From NCBI GenBank assembly GCA_963835575.1, contig CAWIGG010000004.1:832001-896000 (forward strand): a stretch of DNA of 64,000 nucleotides, in the 5' to 3' direction. The position numbers and the translations under genes are program-made. Below are positions 8,774-18,812 of the stretch, one piece after another. A model generated the notes under the pieces. That model was not told the origin of the DNA and did not search any database. It saw only the letters and a program-made list of their open reading frames with translations. Position 1 is the stretch's first letter. Each line of letters opens with the position of its first letter. Source of the DNA: an uncultured Spirochaetota bacterium (GTDB lineage: Bacteria > Spirochaetota > Brevinematia > Brevinematales > JAOACQ01).

Positions 8774-11248
8774 TTATTCAGAAACTTTTACCGTTGATAT
8801 GGAAGAAACCTCATCATCGCCCACGATATCGATCAATTTGAGAAGATTGGAGCCCACCTTATTTGTTGAGAGTGAAATTCTTCTGCCGCTTTTTGTCGTG
8901 ATGATAAGCGTGTCTTCATCATCGCAGAGAACAAAATTCGCGAGGTACCGGTTCTTTCCCAGTAATACCAGCCTGTGTCCTTTCGCTCCTCTATGCAGGA
9001 GTTCCGAGAACTCGGACGGTTTTACTTTTCTGCCCCTGCCGTCTTTTGACATAAAGATGATGTACTTATCCTCAATGGCGACTTCCATGCCCAGCACTTC
9101 TTCTTCAATACTTTTTACTAATGTGGCTTTTTCGCCGCCTACTCCTCTATTATGAACAGGGAAAAGGTTTTCGTCAAATCTGAATCCTTTCGCGTTTCTC
9201 TTAACCAGGAAAAGCTTCTTTGAACCGTCTGTAATAACGGCGCTGACGACGGCGTCGCCCTCCTTGAGTTTAATGCTGTTGACACCCGTGCGGTTGACGC
9301 TTTCAAAACTGGCCAGGGATATTCTCGCGGCTTTTCCCTTTTTAGTGATGAATAGAATAAAGTGGTTCTCTGAAAATTCATGGACAACAAGGACGGCGGT
9401 GATCATTTCAACGCGGACTTCAATTTCCCTGAGGCGGTCAATATTCCTGATATGGGAGCGGGTGATTTTTCCTTCCGTATCGCCTCTGATTTCATAGCCT
9501 TTAAGCGAATAGATCCTTCCTGAATCAGTCACAAATAAAATGGTGTCCTTCAGGAACCCGGACACGGTGGCAAAAATGAAATCGTCGGATTCCAGGCGGT
9601 CGCTGTCGGTAACATCGCCTTTGCGTCCGCGGGTCCCGCGCATGCCGATTTTAACGGAATTGTCGATTTCGCGGATCAAAAAGCCTTTTTTAGAGACAGT
9701 CAGGAGGATCGGATCGTTGGAGATCAATTCCTCGGCCTCAATTTTTTCGGTGACAATCTGATCGAATTTTGTCCGCCTTTCGTCGCCTATCGCTTTGACC
9801 ATTTCGGCAAGTTCGGTTTTTATGATTTCATCGCGTATTTTAGCGCTGTTTAAAATGGATTTGAGTTCCTTGATGAGCTTTTCAAGCCCGGCCTTTTCCT
9901 CACGGAGCTTATTTGTTTCAAGGCCCGTCAGTTTCTGGAGCTTCATATCCAGTATCGCGTCCGCCTGAATTTCTGACAGCGAGAAATTCTTCATCAAGTT
10001 ATTTTTGGCTGTGGGAGTGTCTTTGGATGTTTTGATCGTATGGACGACGGCGTCGATATTGTCCAGCGCTATGAGGAGACCGTCGACAATATGGATGCGC
10101 TTCTGCGCCTTGTCCAGGTCGAACTGCGTCCTCCGGATAATGATTTCTCTTCTATGCTTGACATAATATTTAATCAGGTCTTTCAGGGCCATGACCCTGG
10201 GATGGTTTTTAACAAGGCCGACCATGTTCACTTTCAGCTTGACCTTCAGGGCCGTCTGGTTGTAGAGTGCCGTTTTGATCGCTTCAATATTCGCGTCTTT
10301 GAAGAGCTCGATGACAATGCGTATCCCTTCCTTGCTGGATTCGTCGCGCACCTCTTTAATGCCCCGGAGGATAAGGTTGTATTTGCTCTCGTTATTGAGA
10401 TAAAGGGTTGTGATTTCCTCAACCAGTTTTGACTTCACCACGCGGTAAGGGATCTCTGTAATGATCAGGTCTTTATGCATTCCCTTCTCTTCGATGGATA
10501 TTTTCCCGGCAAGCTCAACTGAACCGAGGCCTTTATCATAAATTTCCTTGAATGACTCGGCGTTTGTCAGGATCCCGTACGTCGGAAAATCGGGGCCTTT
10601 AATATATTCCATTAGACCGTCTGTTGTGATATCCGGATTGTCAATATAGGCGGTTATCGCGCCGGCGACCTCGGTGAAATTGTGAGGCGGGACATCTGTC
10701 GCCAGACCGACGGCAATCCCTGAAGTGCCGTTGCAGAGAAGGTTCGGGAACTTGCCCGGCAGCACCGATGGTTCCTGAAGCGTGTCGTCGTAATTGGGTC
10801 TGAAATTAACCGTGTTTTTATCGAGGTCTTCGAGCATATATTCCGCGACTTTGGAAAGCTTGGCCTCGGTGTAACGTTGTGCCGCGGGAGGATCATCATC
10901 GATGGAACCGAAATTACCCTGGCCTATGACCAGGGGATAGCGCAGATGAAAATCCTGGGCCATTTTAACCATGGCCATATAAATAGATGCGTCCCCGTGA
11001 GGATGGTATTTACCCATCACTTCACCTGTGATTCTCGCGCTTTTCTTTGTGGGTTTGTCATGCCAGACGGCCAATTCGGCCATTCCGAAAAGAATTCTTC
11101 TCTGTACCGGTTTGAAACCGTCGCTCACGTCGGGAATTGCCCTGCCTGTAATGACGCTGTATGCGTAATTAAGATAGGACGTTTTTATTTCATCTTCAAA
11201 ATAAGAATTGATAAGCTGAGATTTGTCAAAGATTTCGCCTTTGGCCAT
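8774..11248 (-). CDS. gyrA: Type IIA topoisomerase subunit A (GyrA/ParC)
   Basis: RAIPDVSDGFKPVQRRIL, YHPHGD, AAQRYTE, C-terminal pinwheel repeats; GyrA box degenerate, so may be ParC; ATG at 11248 after AGAGGGGG. Confidence 0.88.
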   Translation of the reverse strand: MAKGEIFDKSQLINSYFEDEIKTSYLNYAYSVITGRAIPDVSDGFKPVQRRILFGMAELAVWHDKPTKKSARITGEVMGKYHPHGDASIYMAMVKMAQDFHLRYPLVIGQGNFGSIDDDPPAAQRYTEAKLSKVAEYMLEDLDKNTVNFRPNYDDTLQEPSVLPGKFPNLLCNGTSGIAVGLATDVPPHNFTEVAGAITAYIDNPDITTDGLMEYIKGPDFPTYGILTNAESFKEIYDKGLGSVELAGKISIEEKGMHKDLIITEIPYRVVKSKLVEEITTLYLNNESKYNLILRGIKEVRDESSKEGIRIVIELFKDANIEAIKTALYNQTALKVKLKVNMVGLVKNHPRVMALKDLIKYYVKHRREIIIRRTQFDLDKAQKRIHIVDGLLIALDNIDAVVHTIKTSKDTPTAKNNLMKNFSLSEIQADAILDMKLQKLTGLETNKLREEKAGLEKLIKELKSILNSAKIRDEIIKTELAEMVKAIGDERRTKFDQIVTEKIEAEELISNDPILLTVSKKGFLIREIDNSVKIGMRGTRGRKGDVTDSDRLESDDFIFATVSGFLKDTILFVTDSGRIYSLKGYEIRGDTEGKITRSHIRNIDRLREIEVRVEMITAVLVVHEFSENHFILFITKKGKAARISLASFESVNRTGVNSIKLKEGDAVVSAVITDGSKKLFLVKRNAKGFRFDENLFPVHNRGVGGEKATLVKSIEEEVLGMEVAIEDKYIIFMSKDGRGRKVKPSEFSELLHRGAKGHRLVLLGKNRYLANFVLCDDEDTLIITTKSGRRISLSTNKVGSNLLKLIDIVGDDEVSSISTVKVSE

Positions 11249-11458
11249 AGATCCCCCTCTCCATTGACACATGTTGTATACGTTATCTTAATAGCAGCAT
11301 TATTAAATTTTAAGACATAATATTATATCAAAAAAGGGCTGTTCTGTAAAGTTTAAGGATGAAGGTAAAATAATTAAATTGAAAATATTGCCTCAATTTA
11401 TTTTCTTTTTTCTTAATCGTTTGTTAAAATATATAGCTGTTTTTTTCAGGGAGAAAGA

Positions 11459-13399
11459 ATGATTGCTTTAAAGCTGGGAAAAGGAAATTTATCTCTTGAT
11501 AAGCCTCAGACTGTCAAAGAAATATTAACTTACTTGAAAGAAAACATGGATAAAGCGAAAGAGCTGGGCGTACAGGGCATTTTAAACGATGTCATCGCGG
11601 CGGATTTTAACGGTAAGTTAATTGATCTTTCTTTTAAAGTCGCAGAAAACGGAAATTTGAAGTTTTTTAACTCCCAATCGGCAGAGGGTCTGGATACTCT
11701 CAGGCACAGCGCCTCCCATATCATGGCTCAGGCGGTATTACGGCTTTATCCTAATTCCAAACTGGGGATCGGTCCTACCATTCAGGACGGTTTTTATTAT
11801 GATATAGAGACATCATCCCCGATAAACGAACCCGATCTGGCCAGGATTGAAGAGGAAATGAATAAGATCGTTGAAGAAAACTTTGAGTTTTCACGGGAAG
11901 ATATGGACAGTAAAAAAGCTTCCGGGTATTTTAAAAGCGTTAAACAGTCATATAAAGTCGAGTTGATAAAAGACATAGCGAGCGACAAGGTCAGTTTGTA
12001 CAAACAGGGCGAGTTTACAGACCTCTGCCGCGGTCCTCATATTCCATCAACAAAGTACTTAAAGGCATTCAAGCTTCTTTCCGTTTCCGGCGCTTACTGG
12101 AGAGGAAGCGAAAAGAACGCGATGCTGACACGTATTTACGGGACAGCCTTTCCTGACAGGAAAGAGCTCCAGCAGCACATAGCCATGCTGGAAGAGGCGA
12201 AAAAGAGGGACCATAGAAAATTAGGCAGGGAACTGGATCTGTTTTCAATAGACGATCAAATTGGAGGCGGTCTGGTTCTATGGCACCCGAAAGGCGGCAG
12301 GATACGCTACGAACTCGAACAGTTCTGGCGGGAAGAACATTACCGGAACGGCTATGAGCTTGTTTTTACTCCGCATATCGGCCGGGGGCAGCTCTGGGAA
12401 ACCAGCGGTCACCTCGGTTTTTACAATGAAAATATGTACTCCCCGATGGATATTGACGGGCAGCCATTTTATGTAAAGCCGATGAACTGTCCGTTTCATA
12501 TTGCAATTTATAAAACAAAAGCGCATTCTTACCGCGATCTTCCCTATCGCTGGGCGGAACTCGGCACGGTTTACCGTTATGAAAGAAGCGGCGTCCTCCA
12601 TGGATTGATGAGGGTCCGCGGGTTCACACAGGACGATGCACATATCTTCTGCACTCCGGAACAGATGCCGGAAGAAATCGACCGCACTTTGAGTTTCTGT
12701 CTCAAAATGATCCGTTCTTTCGGTTTCAACGATTTTAAGTTATATCTTGCCACCCGTCCGAATGATGCAGTCGGCGATCCGGAAAGGTGGGACGCGGCGA
12801 TCAAATCCCTGAAAGAGGCCATTGAAAGGACCGGTCTGCCAAGCGAACTGGATGAGGGCGGCGGTGCGTTCTACGGCCCCAAGATCGATCTTAAGATTAA
12901 AGATGCTCTTGGACGCGAATGGCAATGTTCCACCATTCAGTTCGATTTTAACGAGCCCGAACGCTTTAAAATGACCTACACAGGAAGCGATGGAGCCGAC
13001 CACCAGCCGTATATGATCCACAGGGCGCTTTTCGGTTCAATCGAACGTTTTTTTGGAGTGCTTATCGAGCACTACGCCGGTAAATTCCCGCTCTGGCTGT
13101 CGCCGGTTCAGGTCACATTATTGCCTGTATCCGACAAATTCAATGAGTACGCGAAAAAAATCGAGCAGACTCTGATTGACAACAAAATACGCGTCGAATC
13201 GGATTTGACCCCGGAAAAGCTGGGGTATAAGATCAGAAAAGCACAGATGCTGAAGATCCCCTATATGCTGATCGTGGGTGAGAAAGAGGCTGAAACAAAA
13301 ACAATATCATTACGGCACAGGGATAAAGGTGATCTGGGGACATCTACCCTCGAAGAATTTTTAAAGAATATACTTGAAGAAAATATAAAGAGAGTGTAA
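11459..13399 (+). CDS. thrS: Threonine--tRNA ligase
   Basis: LRHSASH, DLCRGPH, KPMNCPFH, RVRGFTQDDAHIF, FYGPKID, MIHRA. Confidence 0.98.
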   Translation: MIALKLGKGNLSLDKPQTVKEILTYLKENMDKAKELGVQGILNDVIAADFNGKLIDLSFKVAENGNLKFFNSQSAEGLDTLRHSASHIMAQAVLRLYPNSKLGIGPTIQDGFYYDIETSSPINEPDLARIEEEMNKIVEENFEFSREDMDSKKASGYFKSVKQSYKVELIKDIASDKVSLYKQGEFTDLCRGPHIPSTKYLKAFKLLSVSGAYWRGSEKNAMLTRIYGTAFPDRKELQQHIAMLEEAKKRDHRKLGRELDLFSIDDQIGGGLVLWHPKGGRIRYELEQFWREEHYRNGYELVFTPHIGRGQLWETSGHLGFYNENMYSPMDIDGQPFYVKPMNCPFHIAIYKTKAHSYRDLPYRWAELGTVYRYERSGVLHGLMRVRGFTQDDAHIFCTPEQMPEEIDRTLSFCLKMIRSFGFNDFKLYLATRPNDAVGDPERWDAAIKSLKEAIERTGLPSELDEGGGAFYGPKIDLKIKDALGREWQCSTIQFDFNEPERFKMTYTGSDGADHQPYMIHRALFGSIERFFGVLIEHYAGKFPLWLSPVQVTLLPVSDKFNEYAKKIEQTLIDNKIRVESDLTPEKLGYKIRKAQMLKIPYMLIVGEKEAETKTISLRHRDKGDLGTSTLEEFLKNILEENIKRV

Positions 13400-13441
13400 A
13401 ATAATACAGCATAAGGTTTTTATAAACTGAGGAGGTTTTTT

Positions 13442-13966
13442 ATCGCTAGCAAAAATGACAGCCTGCTGATTAATGACCAGATAAAGGCAAAGGAAGTCAG
13501 GGTTATTGACGAAAGCGGGGGTCAATTGGGCGTTCTTTCGCTTGAAGATGCTATAAAGAAGGCACAGGAATTGGATGTGGATCTGGTGGAGGTTTCACCG
13601 GAAGCCAAACCTCCTGTCTGCAGGCTGATAAATTATGGGAAGTTCCTTTATCAGAAGGAAAAGAAGGCGAAGGAAGCTAGAAAAAAACAGAAGGTAATTG
13701 AAATAAAAGAGATGAAATTCCGCCCTAAAATCGATATTCATGATTTTGAATATAGAATTAAGCAGATAAAAGGCTTTTTAGAAGCCGGGGACAAAGTAAA
13801 AATAACCATCCGGTTCAGAGGCAGGGAGCTGATCCATGCGCAGCTTGGCTTTGACCTGGTTAACAGGATTGTTGAAGAATTGAAGGAACTGGGTACTCCT
13901 GATAAAAATCCCAAAATGGAAGGCAGGAATATCGTTGTCGTCATTTCAGCCAATCATAAGAAATAA
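13442..13966 (+). CDS. infC: Translation initiation factor IF-3, non-canonical ATC start
   Basis: GGAGG at 13431, in-frame ATC at 13442 gives IASKNDSLLINDQIKAKEVRVID, continuing into DLVEVSPEAKPPVCRL and KVKITIRFRGRE. Confidence 0.95.
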   Translation: MASKNDSLLINDQIKAKEVRVIDESGGQLGVLSLEDAIKKAQELDVDLVEVSPEAKPPVCRLINYGKFLYQKEKKAKEARKKQKVIEIKEMKFRPKIDIHDFEYRIKQIKGFLEAGDKVKITIRFRGRELIHAQLGFDLVNRIVEELKELGTPDKNPKMEGRNIVVVISANHKK

Positions 13967-14018
13967 TAAGCAGATATTTATTAAATAATGCTTCTTATAT
14001 AAATTTGTGGAGGAAATT

Positions 14019-14216
14019 ATGCCTAAAATTAAGACAAATAAATCGGCTGCTAAAAGATTTTATAAAAGCGGCACCGGGAAGCTATTGAGAAATAAAGGTT
14101 ATAAACGGCATTTGCTTTCCCATAAAAGCCGGAAGACAAAAAGAAACCTGAAAAAGAAATCTGTTCTTTTTTCGGGTGATGTTTCAAGAGTAAAAAGACT
14201 GATACCATACGCATAA
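14019..14216 (+). CDS. rpmI: 50S ribosomal protein L35
   Basis: MPKIKTNKSAAKRF; position between infC and rplT. Confidence 0.96.
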   Translation: MPKIKTNKSAAKRFYKSGTGKLLRNKGYKRHLLSHKSRKTKRNLKKKSVLFSGDVSRVKRLIPYA

Positions 14217-14262
14217 AAAGCGACGTTATTGAAGATTTAAGAGGAATGTTTGGAGGTTATTC

Positions 14263-14625
14263 ATGCGGACGAGATATACGGTTGCGAGCAGAAAAAGAAG
14301 GAAAAAGGTTTTAGAAAGAGCTAAAGGATTTCATGGCGCGAGAAAACTCCGGATTAAGGCGGCCAGAGAAGCCGTTATGCACGCCATGCAGTATCAATAT
14401 AGAGACAGGAGAAAGAGAAAGAGAGATTACCGTACTCTCTGGATCAGCAGGATCAACGCGTTTGTGAGAAGCCATGACATGACTTACAGCAAATTTATTG
14501 AAGGTTTATCAAAAGCGAAAATCGTTGTGAATAGAAAGTTCCTGTCCAATCTTGCCGTGGAAGACGCTGCGGCTTTTGAGAAATATATTGAGATAGCAAA
14601 AGAGAATGTCGGAAAAAAAATATAA
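14263..14625 (+). CDS. rplT: 50S ribosomal protein L20
   Basis: YQYRDRRKRKRDYRTLWISRINA. Confidence 0.97.
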   Translation: MRTRYTVASRKRRKKVLERAKGFHGARKLRIKAAREAVMHAMQYQYRDRRKRKRDYRTLWISRINAFVRSHDMTYSKFIEGLSKAKIVVNRKFLSNLAVEDAAAFEKYIEIAKENVGKKI

Positions 14626-15441
14626 ATTAAGTATTATTCTCATTCTTTTTTTTTTGATCTGGTTTCTGCAAATCCATGCTTAAGACTTGTTAATCCTAAT
14701 TATTCTTTAAAAGGCGGCGCTGTCAGCTTTTCCCTGGATTATGAGAATATCGGTTTGCAGGGCACATTTTTAAATATCTATGAAGCCAGCCTGGATTACG
14801 GCGTGAGCGAAAATGTTCTTATCAATATCAGCTTTCCTTATTTAACACTGGCCGATGTAGATGACGGCGGAGCTTTTGGGGATTTTTCCACATCCATTAA
14901 AGTTTTGTTGGCGGAACAGTCTGATGCCATAATGTGGCGTACCTTTGCGTCTTTCTATTTCCGTTTCCCGACGGGCATCAGTCCTCAGGATTCTTACAGG
15001 AAAATAGGAGAGAAGACTGTCAGTTATTACCCATTCGCCTCAGGGAATTATTGTTTTTCCCCATCACTTCTCATGAGCCTGATTATTGATGAATTCGCAA
15101 TTAATCTGACCGTATTTTATCAGGCGGAAAACAGCGCGTCGGAAGGCTTTTTTTCTTTCAGAACAGATAATGACCGGTTTGATTTTCAATTATCCGCCGA
15201 TTATCCTTTTAAAATAGACTTTTCAGGCATAGATCCCATCTCCATCCGCCCGGCCGTTTACCTGGACTATAAATATAATATATCCAGTCTGCCGATAATA
15301 CCAGACAGCTGGTATCTGACTCTGGAAAACAATATTAAAATCGGGGAATATTGGAAAATCAGGTTTTATTATACTATTCCAATAACAGATAATGGGATTT
15401 ATAAATACAGCCTCTGTTTCCAGGTTGGCAGATATTTTTAA
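14606..15441 (+). CDS. Putative outer-membrane beta-barrel protein; signal peptide out of frame at a T10 tract
   Basis: ATG at 14606 gives MSEKKYKLSIILILFF; body frame open from 14626 to 15441 with aromatic-rich strands ending QVGRYF. Confidence 0.55.
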
Positions 15442-15494
15442 TAAAAACCCTTTTATTTTGTTATTTATAATGTATAATGTATTGGGAGATGTTA

Positions 15495-16070
15495 ATGCCC
15501 TTTAATGAATTAAGTGAAATTGATATCATTAAAAAAATGAAAGAATTAATGAAAAGCGGCGATTTATACAAAGATGTAACCAGACAGTACTTTCAGGAAC
15601 TCTATAACCGTTATTATTTTCAGTGCTATAATATATCCCGCTATTACGGTTTGAACCGTAATGACGCTGAGGATGCCGTTCAGGATGCTTTTGTTAAATT
15701 ATATAGAAATATAACATCATTTGATGAAAACAGGGTTTTCAAACCCTGGCTTTTTAAATTAGTGCTGAACTGCGTTAAAGATAGATATAAAGATCTAGTT
15801 AAACACACATACACAGAGATAGAAAAAGCAGAGAATTTTAAAAGTGAAGAACAGGAAAATATTTTTGAAGAATTTCAGATGAGAGATGTTTTTCACAGTA
15901 TTATTATTAGGCTCCCAGAGAAGTTGAAATCAGTGATTGTTCTCAGAAACTACAGCGGGATGGAACTTGAAGCCATTGCGAAGATGCTTAACCTGACTGT
16001 CAGGCAGCTGCATAATCGCCTCGCGAGAGCCTATACTCTTATTAAAGAGGGGTTGGAGAATGATAAGTGA
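15495..16070 (+). CDS. ECF RNA polymerase sigma factor
   Basis: DAEDAVQDAFVKLY, FKPWLFKL, region 4 with IAKML...RLARA. Confidence 0.92.
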   Translation: MPFNELSEIDIIKKMKELMKSGDLYKDVTRQYFQELYNRYYFQCYNISRYYGLNRNDAEDAVQDAFVKLYRNITSFDENRVFKPWLFKLVLNCVKDRYKDLVKHTYTEIEKAENFKSEEQENIFEEFQMRDVFHSIIIRLPEKLKSVIVLRNYSGMELEAIAKMLNLTVRQLHNRLARAYTLIKEGLENDK

Positions 16071-18450
16071 AGAGATGGAACAAGCTTTAAAACAAAATGC
16101 TTTTAAAGATGGAAAAGCGGATTTTGATGCGCTCTGGCTGAAGATCGAAAAAGGAAATTATAAGAAGGAGGCTCATATGGCCGATAAAAAAGGCGGCTTT
16201 AAGATCTTTGTGTGGATTCTGAGCTTTATGATTGTGGCGGCGATCGGTTGGTTCGGATTAACAAAGATGTCTTTAATTAAAAAAAATGAAAAAATAGAAA
16301 AGGGCGAAGCCATTGTGGTAACGCTTTTAGTTGGCAATGTTCAGGTAAAGAAAATGGGTTCCACAGACTGGAGATTAGTCAATGTGGAAGATGATCTGCA
16401 GATGGGCGACGCTATTAAAACTGCTTCGGATTCCTATTGTGAACTCCAGATGGTCAACAGGGGTATATTCCGGATTGAGGCTTCTTCCGAGCTTTTCCTG
16501 TCCACCCTTGTTAATACTGACGATAAGGTAAATTCACGCATGAAATTAACCAAGGGGACCATTGCTCTAAAACCCAGCAAACTCAAACAGGGAGAAAATT
16601 TTGAAGTCGAGACTTCGACAGCCGTTGCCGCGGTCAGGGGTACAAAATTCATCGTAAATGTTGACGATCAGGGTAATACCAGGATCGCAGTAAATGAAGG
16701 AAAAGTGGCTGTCAAACCTGTTATCAGGTCTATCAATTCGGCGCAGGAGAAAGGAATTGTCAATGAAAAGGCTTCGGAAATACTGGACAAAGAGATTGTA
16801 AGATCTGTTGATGTCAGGCCGGGAGAGGAAGTGAATCTTAATACTAAGAAGATTGAAGCGCTTGACAAATCCATTGAAAAAGTGATTGATCAGGTTGCAC
16901 AGAAGGAAGAAGGCAAAGTAATTACTGAAGATACTCTTGCCAAGGTTACTGTAGAACATCAGAAACAAGGCAGAAAAACAGTTGAAAAATCGGTCACCGG
17001 GACGGAATCTATAGTGGCTAAAGTACAGCAGGATATCAGGCCCGAAATGTTTGCCAGGAATATTCCGCTCAAAAAAGAAGATACGATTATGTCAACTGTT
17101 GTACAAAAGCAGGTGATTTCAGAGGAATCAAAAAACAAGATGGACGAGTTGAACGAGAATAAAATTATCAATAAAGTCGCTGATATGGTTAAGGTGCGCT
17201 TTGAAACAACTCCTGCTGGTGCTGATGTTTATGTGGATAATGTAAAAGTCGGCGTAACACCGGCGGAAATTATCATAGAGAAAGGCAAGAGGGCTTATGT
17301 AAAGCTTTCAAAAGAAGGATTTACTGATGTTTCAAAAGATCTTCCTGTTGACGGCGATTTTACTTTTAACATGGCATTAATCCCGTCAGGGCAGGAGACG
17401 GCGCTTGCCGATACAAATGCGGCAGCCACGAATCTGACTGAAAATATTGAGGCTAAAAAACTGCCCGGCCAGCTTGAATGGGAAAAACCGATTCCTTTAA
17501 AGATTGAAACAGCGTATAAAGAACCGGTTGATCCGGTATTGTACAAAGGGAAGATATTTGTCACGAAAGGCAACAGGCTGTTTGTTATTTCAACTGAAGG
17601 CAAGCTGTTAAAGTCAGTGGCGGTTGTTGAAGACGGCTATAAGGTGACAAAGCCTTCCGTCAGCGACGGGATTGTTTATGTCGGTTCAGATAATGGCGGC
17701 ATATTCGCCTATTCCGTTTCCGGTGAATTATTATGGAAAAAGGATGCCGGAAGTGAAAAGTACGGGGCTGCTCCCGCGGCGGGATATGGTATAGTGGCTA
17801 TTCCGTCTATTGACAAAGGAATTATGATTTATGATAAAACCGGTGCGTTAGTCGCTCAAATAGAATCTGACTCTATCTATTCCGCGCCTCTTTTATTGAA
17901 TAAAGGAAAAACTCTTGTTTATGCTACAGAAAGCGGAAATATTGTATCTTATGATATTGAAAACAAAACACAGAACTGGAGCAAAAGCTATAATGAAAGA
18001 TTCCTTTATCCGCTTGTCGGCGATGAGGCTGTTATAGCGCTTGCCAGAAGCAGCGGAAAAGTTATTGCTGTGAAACCGTCTGACGGTTCCCTCTTATGGA
18101 GCGCCGCTTTTACCGAAATACAGAAGACAAAGATCAATCCTCAGTATGTGCAGGGTAAAGTGATCCTGGCGAATAACGCCGAAAAGTCGGTTGTGATAGT
18201 ACTGAATGTTATGACCGGCAAGGTCCTTTCTAAAACAACATTTGATAATGAGACAATCACAATGCCGTATCTTGTGGACAAAGAAGTCTATTTCGGTACG
18301 GAATCCGGAAAAGTATATTCATATGATGTACTTCAGAAAAAGAATGAATGGACATATAAATCATCCGGAAGCTCAATATCTCTTGTTGTGGCTGACAAGG
18401 ATGGAATATACGCGCTTTCACCCAACACTATGTACAGACTTGTAAAATAA
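16060..18450 (+). CDS. FecR + PEGA + PQQ-like beta-propeller membrane protein (probable anti-sigma factor)
   Basis: TM helix, VETSTAVAAVRGTKF (FecR), TTPAGADVYVDNVKVGVTP (PEGA), repeated G..LW propeller blades; overlaps sigma stop codon. Confidence 0.85.
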   Translation: MISEEMEQALKQNAFKDGKADFDALWLKIEKGNYKKEAHMADKKGGFKIFVWILSFMIVAAIGWFGLTKMSLIKKNEKIEKGEAIVVTLLVGNVQVKKMGSTDWRLVNVEDDLQMGDAIKTASDSYCELQMVNRGIFRIEASSELFLSTLVNTDDKVNSRMKLTKGTIALKPSKLKQGENFEVETSTAVAAVRGTKFIVNVDDQGNTRIAVNEGKVAVKPVIRSINSAQEKGIVNEKASEILDKEIVRSVDVRPGEEVNLNTKKIEALDKSIEKVIDQVAQKEEGKVITEDTLAKVTVEHQKQGRKTVEKSVTGTESIVAKVQQDIRPEMFARNIPLKKEDTIMSTVVQKQVISEESKNKMDELNENKIINKVADMVKVRFETTPAGADVYVDNVKVGVTPAEIIIEKGKRAYVKLSKEGFTDVSKDLPVDGDFTFNMALIPSGQETALADTNAAATNLTENIEAKKLPGQLEWEKPIPLKIETAYKEPVDPVLYKGKIFVTKGNRLFVISTEGKLLKSVAVVEDGYKVTKPSVSDGIVYVGSDNGGIFAYSVSGELLWKKDAGSEKYGAAPAAGYGIVAIPSIDKGIMIYDKTGALVAQIESDSIYSAPLLLNKGKTLVYATESGNIVSYDIENKTQNWSKSYNERFLYPLVGDEAVIALARSSGKVIAVKPSDGSLLWSAAFTEIQKTKINPQYVQGKVILANNAEKSVVIVLNVMTGKVLSKTTFDNETITMPYLVDKEVYFGTESGKVYSYDVLQKKNEWTYKSSGSSISLVVADKDGIYALSPNTMYRLVK

Positions 18451-18468
18451 ACAAAAGATAAAAATCTT

Positions 18469-18505
18469 AACCCTGCCTCTTTGAATAAAAGGGGCGGGGT
18501 TTTTT
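18469..18505 (+). terminator. Rho-independent terminator
   Basis: AACCCTGCCTCTTT / AAAGGGGCGGGGTT stem followed by a T run. Confidence 0.8.
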
Positions 18506-18606
18506 ATTGAAAACCCGGATTTAAAAACCCCGGAGCATAATGATATTCTGAAGCTTTTTTTGAAAAGAAAAATATTTCTCTTTTCAGGGATTTTATAGTA
18601 TATTAA

Positions 18607-18744
18607 ATATTAAGGTGTTTCATTCATATCAATTATTTCCCTGTCCGAGATGAAAAGGGAAATTATCTGGGGACGCTGGAAGAGAAGCGGGATATAACAA
18701 ATATCCGGAAACTGGAAGGTGATAAACGACTGCTGGTTGAATAA
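18607..18744 (+). pseudogene. C-terminal fragment of a DUF438/PAS-type protein
   Basis: Reads FIHINYFPVRDEKGNYLGTLEEKRDITNIRKLEGDKRLLVE*, with an in-frame stop just upstream and no start codon. Confidence 0.6.
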
Positions 18745-18812
18745 TTATTATTAATCAAGTTATTCAGATCAGAAAATGGTTCTTCTAAATAAACTGAAAA
18801 GGAGTCGATGAT

